A stretch of DNA of 64,000 nt, from assembly GCA_001780285.1 (NCBI GenBank), contig MFGN01000001.1, positions 22 to 64,021 on the forward strand, written 5' to 3'. The DNA is from Candidatus Falkowbacteria bacterium RIFOXYD12_FULL_34_57. GTDB taxonomy: Bacteria; Patescibacteriota; Patescibacteriia; Patescibacteriales; UBA12075. The translations under genes were made by a program, and so were the position numbers. Under the pieces are notes generated by a model, which did not search any database, was not told the DNA's origin, and was given only the letters and a program-made list of their open reading frames with translations. This document shows, piece by piece, positions 1 to 8,239 of the stretch; the first letter of the stretch is position 1; each line of letters opens with the position of its first letter.

Positions 1-67
1 TTAAACCCCATTTGCATACTTATTGTCCTGCTTCGCAGTCCAATATGTATCTGAACTTATACAATTA

Positions 68-95
68 TTGACATATAATCAAAATATGCTAAAGT
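68..95 (+). promoter_or_regulatory. sigma70-type promoter (TTGACA-N16-TAAAGT) for the 158..1174 gene
   Basis: TTGACA at 68-73 and TAAAGT at 90-95. An AAGGAG SD precedes the ATG at 158. Confidence 0.5.
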
Positions 96-157
96 ATGGC
101 TAAAATAAAGACCTTTAACAATATTTTAAAAAACAAAAAAACACAAGGAGTCTAAAA

Positions 158-1174
158 ATGGCAAAAAAAATTAAGGCTGGAATTATAGGATTCGGAAATG
201 TTGGTCAAGCTCTTGAAAAACAATTATCTAAAGATCAAGCTTGGAATGTTAAATTTGTAAGTAACAGTAAACATGTTTACAACAACACCAAACAATGTAT
301 ACAATTCATTGATGAAGTCTCTAATTATTTGAAATACTTTAAAGACCTTGATATTGTTTTTCTATGTATTCCCAGTAACACCCCTAAGATTGCCCATAAC
401 TATATATGGCAACTAATACATCAAAATGTTAAAGTTGTTATTTGTGAAAAGGGGGCTATTTCTAGTGGATACAACATTCTTATGTGGGGAGGAGTGGGTT
501 ACAATGCTACGGTTGGCGGCGGAACTATGATGTTAGATGAATTAAAAAACAGAATTAACCTAAATAATTTCAGTAATATTTACTTGGTAATCAATGGTAC
601 CATCAATTTCATCTTAGATGAAATGACGAAAAGAGAACAAAGTTTAGATACTATTATTAAAAAAGTGCAAGCTGCCGGATATTGTGAACCGGGTCAAAAC
701 AATATATTGGATATTATCAATCAGGAAATTATTGAAGATGTCGGCAAAAAAATATCCATTCTTTTAAGAGTAATTTTCAAAAGTCACCTTGATCTAAATT
801 CAGATTCTAATCATTTTCATAAAATTTTAAAAAGTGATTTAAAGAAAATCAGAAAAGAAGCTCGTGATAAAAGATATGTGGTAATATTTCAAAATCCCAA
901 AAATCCGGGAAAATATAATTTAAGTAAAAACGACATCATTACAATCAACTCTATTAATGATATTAATAAAAAAACTCAAATCAGTGCCGGGTTTATGCAT
1001 TTAAACCACGATTCTTGCCTTGGAAAACTCATCATACCAGGAGTAAACAATGCCTTCTGGATTGAAGGAGAAAAGGATATATTCCCCTCCCCTTGTGGTG
1101 GTCCGGGAGCAGGTCCGGAAGCTACAGCCCAAACCATGATCAAAGACGCTAAAAGATTATTGAATATAAAATAA
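158..1174 (+). CDS. homoserine dehydrogenase-family NAD(P)-binding oxidoreductase (no ACT domain)
   Basis: N-terminal GxGxxG (IIGFGNVG). The motifs ATVGGGTMM, INGTINFILDEM, AAGYCEP and a C-terminal GPGAGPEATA resemble the homoserine dehydrogenase catalytic domain. A good SD is present. Confidence 0.55.
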   Translation: MAKKIKAGIIGFGNVGQALEKQLSKDQAWNVKFVSNSKHVYNNTKQCIQFIDEVSNYLKYFKDLDIVFLCIPSNTPKIAHNYIWQLIHQNVKVVICEKGAISSGYNILMWGGVGYNATVGGGTMMLDELKNRINLNNFSNIYLVINGTINFILDEMTKREQSLDTIIKKVQAAGYCEPGQNNILDIINQEIIEDVGKKISILLRVIFKSHLDLNSDSNHFHKILKSDLKKIRKEARDKRYVVIFQNPKNPGKYNLSKNDIITINSINDINKKTQISAGFMHLNHDSCLGKLIIPGVNNAFWIEGEKDIFPSPCGGPGAGPEATAQTMIKDAKRLLNIK

Positions 1175-1182
1175 AATTTTCT

Positions 1183-1263
1183 GTCATTCTGAACGCAGTG
1201 AAGAGTCCCGTGATACAACAAAAACAAGATTCTTCACTTCGCCATCATTATACTCAAAATGAC
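1183..1263. repeat. GTCATTCTGA...GAATGAC hairpin repeat, copy 1 (right arm degenerate)
   Basis: The sequence gtcattctgaacgcagtgaagagtc...gattcttcacttcgcc...ctcaaaatgac aligns with the copies at 4026 and 4532. It lies between convergent genes. Confidence 0.75.
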
Positions 1264-1282
1264 ATACTATAAACACACAAAA

Positions 1283-1308
1283 GACCGCTTATAAAAGCGG
1301 CCTTTTTT
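1283..1308. terminator. bidirectional intrinsic terminator
   Basis: Stem CCGCTT/AAGCGG with an ATAA loop. An A-tract lies upstream and TTTTTT downstream, between convergent genes. Confidence 0.7.
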
Positions 1309-1334
1309 ATTTATTTAAACCAAATATTAAAATA

Positions 1335-2429
1335 TTACATTCGTCCTAGTTCCACTACCTTAATTATTACTTTATTTCCTCTTTGAATCTTAAGTCCTAT
1401 TTTATCTCCGGGCTTATACTTTTGTATCACCGAAAGCAAAGTATTGTTATTTTTTATTTCTATCGCATTAACCTCGAAAATAATATCCCCATCCTGAATT
1501 TCCCCCTTTTTTGCCGGAGAATCAGCGACCACTGACGGAGATTCGTCTGTAGAGTGTACCCAGGCGCCATAATTAATAGGCAATTCATTATCCAGGGCGA
1601 TCTCCGGAGTAAGCGCCACATATCTTACGCCGAGCATAGGCCTTACAATGGCTCCGGTTTCAATAATACTGCGAATTACATTGCGCGCATCATTAATTGG
1701 AATAGCAAAACCGATTGATGATCCTTGTTGCTCTATAGCAGTATTAATGCCCACAACTTCGCCACTGAGGTTAATAAGCGGCCCGCCGGAATTGCCGACA
1801 TTGATCTTGGCATCAGTTTGAATTACATTATCCAGAATTTCGCTGTTTCCAAATTGATCACTGGCACTCAAACTTCGCCCCAAACCGCTCACAATTCCCT
1901 TAGTAACGCTATTTTGATATATGCCCAGAGCGTTGCCGATGGCAATCACGCTTGTGCCGATAGGTAATTTATCACTATTTCCCAATTTTACACAAGGTAA
2001 ATCTTTATCAAAAATTTTCAAAATAGCTATATCATTAAAAGCGTCTTTGGCGATGAGCTGCGCATAATACTGCTTTCCGGAATTTAAAATAACCCGAAAC
2101 TCTCCGCTTTTCTCGTCTACCACGCTAACAACATGCCGATTGGTAACAATATATCCATCGCTTGAAATTAAAAATCCGGTACCTTTTATTTTCTGTTTTT
2201 TATACTTAAGCATCTCTTTTTGTCCGGTTGGAGCATCAAGAGCCTCAAAATAATCCCAATCATAAACTGTAATACTGACAACGGCTGGCATCACGCTATT
2301 TATCGCCCTAACAGTCGCCTCCTGCTCATCAAAGCGTAAATCATCCGCCACCGCGCCCCTGTTATAAGTAAAAACAAAAAAATTTAATCCTAAAGATAAA
2401 ATTAATAATGTTATTAAAAAATATTTCAT
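1335..2429 (-). CDS. htrA: HtrA/DegP-family serine endoprotease (S1C trypsin-like domain + PDZ)
   Basis: Motifs TNRHVV and GNSGGPLINLSGEVVGINTAI, plus a C-terminal PDZ-like PGDKIGLKIQRG. The hydrophobic N-terminus MKYFLITLLILSL supports a start at ATG 2429 rather than the track start at 2504. Confidence 0.9.
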   Translation of the reverse strand: MKYFLITLLILSLGLNFFVFTYNRGAVADDLRFDEQEATVRAINSVMPAVVSITVYDWDYFEALDAPTGQKEMLKYKKQKIKGTGFLISSDGYIVTNRHVVSVVDEKSGEFRVILNSGKQYYAQLIAKDAFNDIAILKIFDKDLPCVKLGNSDKLPIGTSVIAIGNALGIYQNSVTKGIVSGLGRSLSASDQFGNSEILDNVIQTDAKINVGNSGGPLINLSGEVVGINTAIEQQGSSIGFAIPINDARNVIRSIIETGAIVRPMLGVRYVALTPEIALDNELPINYGAWVHSTDESPSVVADSPAKKGEIQDGDIIFEVNAIEIKNNNTLLSVIQKYKPGDKIGLKIQRGNKVIIKVVELGRM

Positions 2430-2518
2430 TTTAACATTTTCCAACATTTTATATTTATTATTATTTTTTGTTTGATCCGCCTTGAACGGGAAACATTTTA
2501 ACATATCAACAATTAATA

Positions 2519-2899
2519 TTAATTATTATTTAAATCTTCCGGAGAAATTCCGGTTCTTCTCTCCTCTCCTAATTGTTGTCTTCTAGCGCTCTCATTGATC
2601 CAATTTTGATTTTTAATTTTATCATCTTCTACACCCTCCTGTTCTCCGGAGGAGGTGATGGTGGGCCCTCTTCTTCCCCTTTTTATTTTACCAACAGCAA
2701 TATTAATTTGTTTTACTGCTTCCGCGTAGTCAAATTGCTGATTGCCAAAAATACTCCTCACAAAAACAGGACTATTTACTTCATAATCACTTTTATCCAG
2801 CGCTTCTTCTACTTTCCTTAAAAAAACATCATAACTTTCAAAAGTATTATGAATTAAATTATTCGGTTGTGTAATTTGTTCCTTCATAAAGCAAAACAT
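2519..2899 (-). CDS. hypothetical protein (orf126) inside the chaperone cluster
   Basis: Intact ORF co-directional between dnaJ and htrA with no recognisable motifs. An alternative start exists at 2887. The palindrome at 2901-2920 abuts the start. Confidence 0.5.
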   Translation of the reverse strand: MFCFMKEQITQPNNLIHNTFESYDVFLRKVEEALDKSDYEVNSPVFVRSIFGNQQFDYAEAVKQINIAVGKIKRGRRGPTITSSGEQEGVEDDKIKNQNWINESARRQQLGEERRTGISPEDLNNN

Positions 2900-2900
2900 A

Positions 2901-2920
2901 TTAACATTTTAGCATGTTAA
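2901..2920. promoter_or_regulatory. palindrome TTAACAT-N6-ATGTTAA (candidate operator)
   Basis: Perfect 7-bp arms, identical to the arms of the palindrome in the dnaK promoter (6583-6600). Confidence 0.45.
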
Positions 2921-2925
2921 CATGA

Positions 2926-4008
2926 TTACAATCCTAACTCCTCAATTAATTTCTTCTGCTTTCTGGTTATCCTACTTGGAATATTTACCCTTATCTCCAC
3001 CAAGTGATCTCCCCGCCCCCTACCCTGAAGGACATTTATTCCTTTATTTCTTAATTTAAATATGGTGCCAGACTGGGTTCCAGCCGGAATTTTTAAACTT
3101 ACCACTCCCTCAACTGTATCTATATCTATTTTATCACCCAATACTGCTTGTGTGAAGCTTATATTTTCCACGGAATGAATATCATAACCATCTCGCTCAA
3201 ATCGAGGATCGTCTTTTATATTCATTTTAATATATAAATCTCCTGCTGCCGCCCCCCTTTCTCCCGCCTCTCCTTGTCCTACCAGACGAATTGATTCCCC
3301 ATCATTAATTCCTGCCGGAATTTTTACTTGCAGTCTTACAGTATCCATATTAACACCCCTGCCGGAACACTGAGTACATTTCTTTTCATAAGACCTTCCT
3401 TCTCCGCCACATTGATCACAAGCAGACTGCACCTGCATATTACCAAGTATTGTTCTCTGAACTCGAGTTACCTTGCCGGTACCCCTGCAATTGCTACATG
3501 TAATAATTTTACTTCCCGGCTCGGCTAAATTTCCGTTGCAATGTGAACATTTTACTTTTTTATGCAAGCTTATTTCTTTTTCTGCTCCAAAAACAGCTTC
3601 TTTAAAATCAATAGTAAGAATTGTTTGAATATCATTACCGCGCCTTGCTCTTGGGCCATTTTCGCTTCTTGAACCGCCAAAACCGAACATATCTCCAATA
3701 CCGCCGAATATATCCCCCAAATCATCCATATCTACATGTATCCCGCCCTGAGAAAAACCGCCGAATCCCCCGCCGCTAAAACCGCCGGCCATGCCATTCG
3801 TAAAGTCGGAGCCAAACTGATCGTATTGCGCGCGTTTCTGTTCATTTCCTAAAACTTGATAAGCCTCATTAACCTCTTTAAATTTAGCTTCATCACCAGT
3901 AACTTTATCCGGATGATAAACATGCGCCTTCTTGCGGAAAGCTTTTTTTATTTCTTCCTGGCTGGCGTTCTTATTCACACCAAGAATATTGTAATAATCT
4001 TTAGACAT
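2926..4008 (-). CDS. dnaJ: molecular chaperone DnaJ (Hsp40, type I)
   Basis: J domain with HPD (YHPDK), a G/F-rich linker, four CxxCxGxG zinc-finger repeats and the C-terminal substrate-binding domains. Confidence 0.95.
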   Translation of the reverse strand: MSKDYYNILGVNKNASQEEIKKAFRKKAHVYHPDKVTGDEAKFKEVNEAYQVLGNEQKRAQYDQFGSDFTNGMAGGFSGGGFGGFSQGGIHVDMDDLGDIFGGIGDMFGFGGSRSENGPRARRGNDIQTILTIDFKEAVFGAEKEISLHKKVKCSHCNGNLAEPGSKIITCSNCRGTGKVTRVQRTILGNMQVQSACDQCGGEGRSYEKKCTQCSGRGVNMDTVRLQVKIPAGINDGESIRLVGQGEAGERGAAAGDLYIKMNIKDDPRFERDGYDIHSVENISFTQAVLGDKIDIDTVEGVVSLKIPAGTQSGTIFKLRNKGINVLQGRGRGDHLVEIRVNIPSRITRKQKKLIEELGL

Positions 4009-4025
4009 TTATTATCATTTCAGAT

Positions 4026-4123
4026 GTCATTCTGAATATAGCGAAGTGGGGTGAAGAATCTCATTAGTAACAGTAAAATCTAAATTCACGGGATTCTTCG
4101 TCGCTTTTGCTCCTCAGAATGAC
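4026..4123. repeat. GTCATTCTGA...TCAGAATGAC hairpin repeat, copy 2
   Basis: The 10-bp termini and the inner GAAGAATC/GATTCTTC arms are both complementary. It lies between the dnaJ start and the DUF3467 stop. Confidence 0.8.
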
Positions 4124-4129
4124 AAAATA

Positions 4130-4435
4130 TTAATTTTTTGCATTAAACCCTATTTCTTTATTGGTTGGACCAACCGATTCTTTTACCTCCCCAAACTGAT
4201 CTTCGTATTTTTTTAAATTATCCTGCATAGCCGCAAGCATCCTCTTGAAATGACCGGGATTGGTTATAATTTTACCAGTTACTCGTCCGCTTCCACCCAT
4301 AATATTCAAAAACATCATGTGCATTTCATCTTTATTATGATTAATTTGCATCGCATTGGCATATTCCGCCCCAGGAATATTGTCTGCAATCTTAATTTCA
4401 ATTTTTTTTTCGCCTTGCGGCAGTTGATTATTCAT
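4130..4435 (-). CDS. DUF3467-family protein
   Basis: The segments IEIKIADNIPGAEYANAMQINHNKDEMHMMF, ITNPGHFKRMLAAMQDNLKKYEDQFGE match my recollection of DUF3467 (PF11950). Start moved to MNNQLPQ at 4435. Confidence 0.7.
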   Translation of the reverse strand: MNNQLPQGEKKIEIKIADNIPGAEYANAMQINHNKDEMHMMFLNIMGGSGRVTGKIITNPGHFKRMLAAMQDNLKKYEDQFGEVKESVGPTNKEIGFNAKN

Positions 4436-4531
4436 ATAATTATTTAAATTGTTATATTTTTTATAATAAAATGTACTTAACTGGTTGCTCAAAACATTTG
4501 AACAACCCATGAGAACACTTTAAACCCGAAT

Positions 4532-4618
4532 GTCATTCTGAACGAAGTGAAGAATCTCGTAAATAACGGTAGTCATAATTCAACGAGATTCTTCGTCGCT
4601 ATCGCTTCTCAGAATGAC
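4532..4618. repeat. GTCATTCTGA...TCAGAATGAC hairpin repeat, copy 3 (best preserved)
   Basis: The left arm gtcattctgaacgaagtgaagaatctcg pairs with the right arm cgagattcttcgtcgctatcgcttctcagaatgac. It lies between the dnaK stop and the DUF3467 gene. Confidence 0.85.
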
Positions 4619-4630
4619 ATTATGGTTGAT

Positions 4631-6556
4631 TTATTTTTTATCGTCCTTTTTTTCTTCAAACTCTGCATCAACGGTTCCATCTTTTTTTTCTTTTTTGGCT
4701 TCACTATTTGCAGCCTGATCTGCCCCAGGTTCTCCGGCTTGTGATCCCGCCTGTGCTTGCTGCTGATACATAGCCGTACCAATCTTCTGCGCGATCTCGT
4801 TCATAGCCTCCATCTTAGCCTTGATATCTTCGGTGTTGCCGGAATCTTTTATCTTCTTTAAATCTTCTAATTTTTCTTCCAACTCTTTTTTATCTTCTGT
4901 CTTCATTTTATCTCCCGATTCTTTTATTAATTTTTCTGTGGTAAAGATAACGGTATCGGCCTGATTTTTAATTTCTATTCCCTCTTTCTTCTTTTTATCT
5001 TCGTCAGCGTGCATTTCCGCATCTTTTTTCATTTTTTCCACCTCCGCCTCTGAAAGTCCGGAAGAAGCTGTAATTGTAATCTTTTGCTCTTTTCCCGATG
5101 CCATGTCCTTAGCGGAAACATTTAAAATACCGTTAGCATCAATATCAAACTTTACTTCAATTTGCGGAATACCTCTTGGTGCCGGTGGGAGTCCGTCAAG
5201 CATAAACCTTCCCAATGTTTTGTTATCCGCAGCCATAGATCTTTCACCTTGTAATACATGAATTTCTACTCCCGGCTGATTATCTGCTGCTGTAGAAAAT
5301 ATTTGGGTTTTAGAGGTTGGAATAGTGGTATTTCTTTCAATTAACGGAGTGGATACGCCGCCCAGTGTTTCTATTCCAAGCGTCAGCGGAGTTACATCAA
5401 GCAATAAAACATCCTTTACATCCCCCTGCAAGACACCCGCCTGGACCGCTGCTCCGTTCGCAACCACCTCATCAGGATTTACCCCTAAATGCGGTTCTTT
5501 ATTAAAAAATTCTTTTACTATTTTTTGAACCATGGGCATTCTGGTCATACCTCCAACTAAAATAACCTCTTCCAGATCACCAACAGAAAGCCCTGCATCT
5601 TTTAGGGCAGCACGACACGGAGTTAATGTTTTTTCAACCAAATAACCAACCAATTCCTCAAGTTTTGATCTGGTTAATTTTATCACTAAGTGTTTTGGTC
5701 CATTTTCATCAGTAGTTATAAAAGGTTGATTAATTTCTGTTTCTCCGGATGTGGATAGTTCAATTTTGGCTTTTTCGGCTGCTTCTTTTATTCTTTGCAA
5801 AGCCAGGGAGTCTTTAGACAAATCAATCCCTTGATCTTTCTTGAATTCATCAATAATCCATTTAATAATCACTTGATCAAAATCTTCACCGCCCAAATGA
5901 GTATCTCCATTTGTTGATTTTACCTCTACTGTATCTTCTGAAACATCTAAAATTGACACATCAAAAGTTCCGCCGCCAAGATCATAAACTGCAATTTGCT
6001 GGCCCTTCTTTTTTTCAAAACCATAAGCAAGCGCTGCAGCAGTCGGTTCATTGATAATTCTCTTTACATCAAGTCCGGCAATCTTACCGGCATCTTTGGT
6101 TGCCTGACGCTGAGCATCATTAAAATAAGCCGGAACGGTAATTACTGCTTCTGTTATTTTTTCTCCAATCTTTGCTTCAGCATCTGCTTTTAATTTAGAG
6201 AGTATCATAGCCGAAACCTCTTGCGGACTATACTCCTTATCATTCATTTTTACCCCCACACTATCACCGATCTTCACAATGTCAAAGGGAACTGTTTTTA
6301 TATCCCCCTGAACTTCCGCATCATCATATTTTCTCCCAATTAGACGCTTTACGGCAAAAACCGTATTCTTTGGATTGGTCACCGCCTGTCTTTTTGCGGC
6401 TTGACCAACTAATCTTTCACCACTTTTAGAAATGGCTACAACAGAAGGAGTTGTTCTGTTTCCCTCTGCATTTTCTAATATTTTTGGCTGACCACCCTCA
6501 ATAATCGCCATAGCGCAATTTGTGGTTCCCAAATCTATTCCTAATATTTTTCCCAT
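4631..6556 (-). CDS. dnaK: molecular chaperone DnaK (Hsp70)
   Basis: Full-length Hsp70 with [17 protein letters not shown] and [11 protein letters not shown] signatures and an acidic/Lys-rich tail. Confidence 0.98.
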   Translation of the reverse strand: MGKILGIDLGTTNCAMAIIEGGQPKILENAEGNRTTPSVVAISKSGERLVGQAAKRQAVTNPKNTVFAVKRLIGRKYDDAEVQGDIKTVPFDIVKIGDSVGVKMNDKEYSPQEVSAMILSKLKADAEAKIGEKITEAVITVPAYFNDAQRQATKDAGKIAGLDVKRIINEPTAAALAYGFEKKKGQQIAVYDLGGGTFDVSILDVSEDTVEVKSTNGDTHLGGEDFDQVIIKWIIDEFKKDQGIDLSKDSLALQRIKEAAEKAKIELSTSGETEINQPFITTDENGPKHLVIKLTRSKLEELVGYLVEKTLTPCRAALKDAGLSVGDLEEVILVGGMTRMPMVQKIVKEFFNKEPHLGVNPDEVVANGAAVQAGVLQGDVKDVLLLDVTPLTLGIETLGGVSTPLIERNTTIPTSKTQIFSTAADNQPGVEIHVLQGERSMAADNKTLGRFMLDGLPPAPRGIPQIEVKFDIDANGILNVSAKDMASGKEQKITITASSGLSEAEVEKMKKDAEMHADEDKKKKEGIEIKNQADTVIFTTEKLIKESGDKMKTEDKKELEEKLEDLKKIKDSGNTEDIKAKMEAMNEIAQKIGTAMYQQQAQAGSQAGEPGADQAANSEAKKEKKDGTVDAEFEEKKDDKK

Positions 6557-6571
6557 ATTTTTATAATATTA

Positions 6572-6600
6572 ATTTTAAAATATTAACATGCTAATGTTAA
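6572..6600 (-). promoter_or_regulatory. dnaK promoter (TTAACA-N17-TAAAAT) overlapped by palindrome TTAACAT-N4-ATGTTAA (6583-6600)
   Basis: On the sense strand the sequence is TTAACATTAGCATGTTAATATTTTAAAAT. The -35 element and most of the spacer lie inside the palindrome. Confidence 0.5.
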
Positions 6601-6612
6601 TTTATTAATTTG

Positions 6613-7548
6613 TTAATTTGTTAATTGCATTGATTCTACTACCTCTATAAAATCATTTAATGGCAACATGCCGAAATCCGAATTTATAAAAGATAGGCCT
6701 CTGCATATTTCACTATTTAAATTTATTAATGCTCCTACATTTTCACCAATATCCACCATTAAATCCTCTTCATTCGTGCTTGTGACAAAGCTTTTTTTAT
6801 CCACCAACAGGGCTTTTCCTTTTTCAAAATTAATTATTTTGGCGGGATTCAATTTATAGTCTTTACTATCTTTCCCTTGTGCGAAAAAATAATAACCCTT
6901 GTCATCCTCTAAAAACCCCTGGGAATCTAAAAAAGATAATTTCTGCACATTTTCATTTTCCGGCAACTCCCTGCTAACACAGCCAAAAGAAAATTTATCG
7001 TTTTCCAAAAATTCACCGCGAACAATCTTGCCATCCCCCTTTTCGGTTATTTGCACATTAACCTTGCCAAAACGAGCCGGATACTCAAAAGATAATCCAA
7101 GCATCGAGTCCGTAAATTTGAGTTTAGCCGACTCTATCAATTCAGCTTTTTTCTTTAATTCTTCATTTTCGGTTAAAAGGCTGGATTTTTCAGTCTCAAT
7201 GCCGTCTATTTTATCTTTTAAATTAGAAATACGAGCCTCAAAATCTATTCTGGTTTGCCTGGCGCTATTTTGAATTTTTTCCACGCTTGTATTGGTATAT
7301 TTTTTCTGCCAAGCATAAATAACGCTTCCCACCACCACAGCCGTAATTACCACAACAATAAAAGTAAATAATGGGCTTGTTTGCCTCTCGGGCTTCCTAG
7401 TGGAGGTCTTTTTCTCTGCCGCGGGCGCGGGCGCGCTGCTTAAAGAAGTTTTTTTTCTTAAAACCTTCTTAACTTTTTTTAGAGGCGGATTCCCAGAAGA
7501 GATGCCGCCACCTTCATTGCTAACGCTTATTTTTAATTCATTTGCCAT
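6613..7548 (-). CDS. hypothetical membrane-anchored protein (basic N-terminus, 1 TM, coiled coil, globular C-domain)
   Basis: TM segment LFTFIVVVITAVVVGSVIYAW followed by a heptad-rich region. It lies between hsp20 and dnaK on the same strand. Confidence 0.6.
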   Translation of the reverse strand: MANELKISVSNEGGGISSGNPPLKKVKKVLRKKTSLSSAPAPAAEKKTSTRKPERQTSPLFTFIVVVITAVVVGSVIYAWQKKYTNTSVEKIQNSARQTRIDFEARISNLKDKIDGIETEKSSLLTENEELKKKAELIESAKLKFTDSMLGLSFEYPARFGKVNVQITEKGDGKIVRGEFLENDKFSFGCVSRELPENENVQKLSFLDSQGFLEDDKGYYFFAQGKDSKDYKLNPAKIINFEKGKALLVDKKSFVTSTNEEDLMVDIGENVGALINLNSEICRGLSFINSDFGMLPLNDFIEVVESMQLTN

Positions 7549-7693
7549 AATTTGTTGATAATTAATTCAAAATATTCAATAACCAATATTCAATATTCAT
7601 TGAGTCTGTCGCCAAACTTTCATAAAACTTTCAATGCTTAACCTCAAAATTAAACATTAAATGAATATTGAAATATTGAATATTGGATATTTT

Positions 7694-8125
7694 TTATTTT
7701 TTTTTAGTTTTAATCTTTATAGTTTTCGGTTTTGTCTCTATGGCTTTGGGGATGGATATTTTCAAAACCCCGTCTTCAGCTACAGCAGATGCTTTTTCCC
7801 CCACCACATGCGCCGGAAGCGGAATATTTCTATAAAAACTTCCACGCCTTATTTCTTTTTTATAATAATTTTTTTCTTCTACTTCGCTCTTTTTTTCACT
7901 TTCCCCCTTAATGCAAAGAACATCATTCTCAATAGAAATATCAACCTTATCCGGATCAATTCCGGCGAGCTGCGTTTCTACGATTACATTATCCTTATCT
8001 TCATACATATCAATAGCCGGCATAAAACCTAAGTTATTGCGCATGGTTGGCGCTAATTCGGAAAAAATTTTGTCCACATCTTCAAATGAATCAAAGAATG
8101 GGGACCACTTAATTAGTGATGTCAT
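7694..8125 (-). CDS. Hsp20/alpha-crystallin small heat-shock protein
   Basis: Alpha-crystallin domain pattern (PAIDMYEDKDNVIVETQLAGIDPDKVDISIENDVLCIKGE, AEDGVLKISIPK). An AAGGGGGA SD is present. Confidence 0.9.
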   Translation of the reverse strand: MTSLIKWSPFFDSFEDVDKIFSELAPTMRNNLGFMPAIDMYEDKDNVIVETQLAGIDPDKVDISIENDVLCIKGESEKKSEVEEKNYYKKEIRRGSFYRNIPLPAHVVGEKASAVAEDGVLKISIPKAIETKPKTIKIKTKKK

Positions 8126-8239
8126 GCTTTTCCCCCTTTGACCGCGTGTTTTGTAAAAATTTCACAAAATCCACACAATCAAAAAATTAATTATTATAAA
8201 ATTTAAAATTACTTAATACTTTTAATTAAATACTATATA

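Noticed and set aside
1-60. Possible 5' end of a minus-strand gene leaving the window (ATG at about 17 or 11).
   Set aside because: Only 3-5 codons are visible, so this cannot be supported.
976-1227. Track ORFs 976..1227(-) and 4547..4744(+).
   Set aside because: Both are read-throughs of the GTCATTCTGA hairpin repeat plus antisense or flanking sequence. They have no RBS and low-complexity products.
8149-8169. TTTTGT-N9-ACAAAA inverted repeat upstream of hsp20 as a CIRCE-like operator.
   Set aside because: The arms are 6 bp of pure A/T-rich sequence with no similarity to CIRCE. Repeats of this kind are expected many times by chance in this composition.
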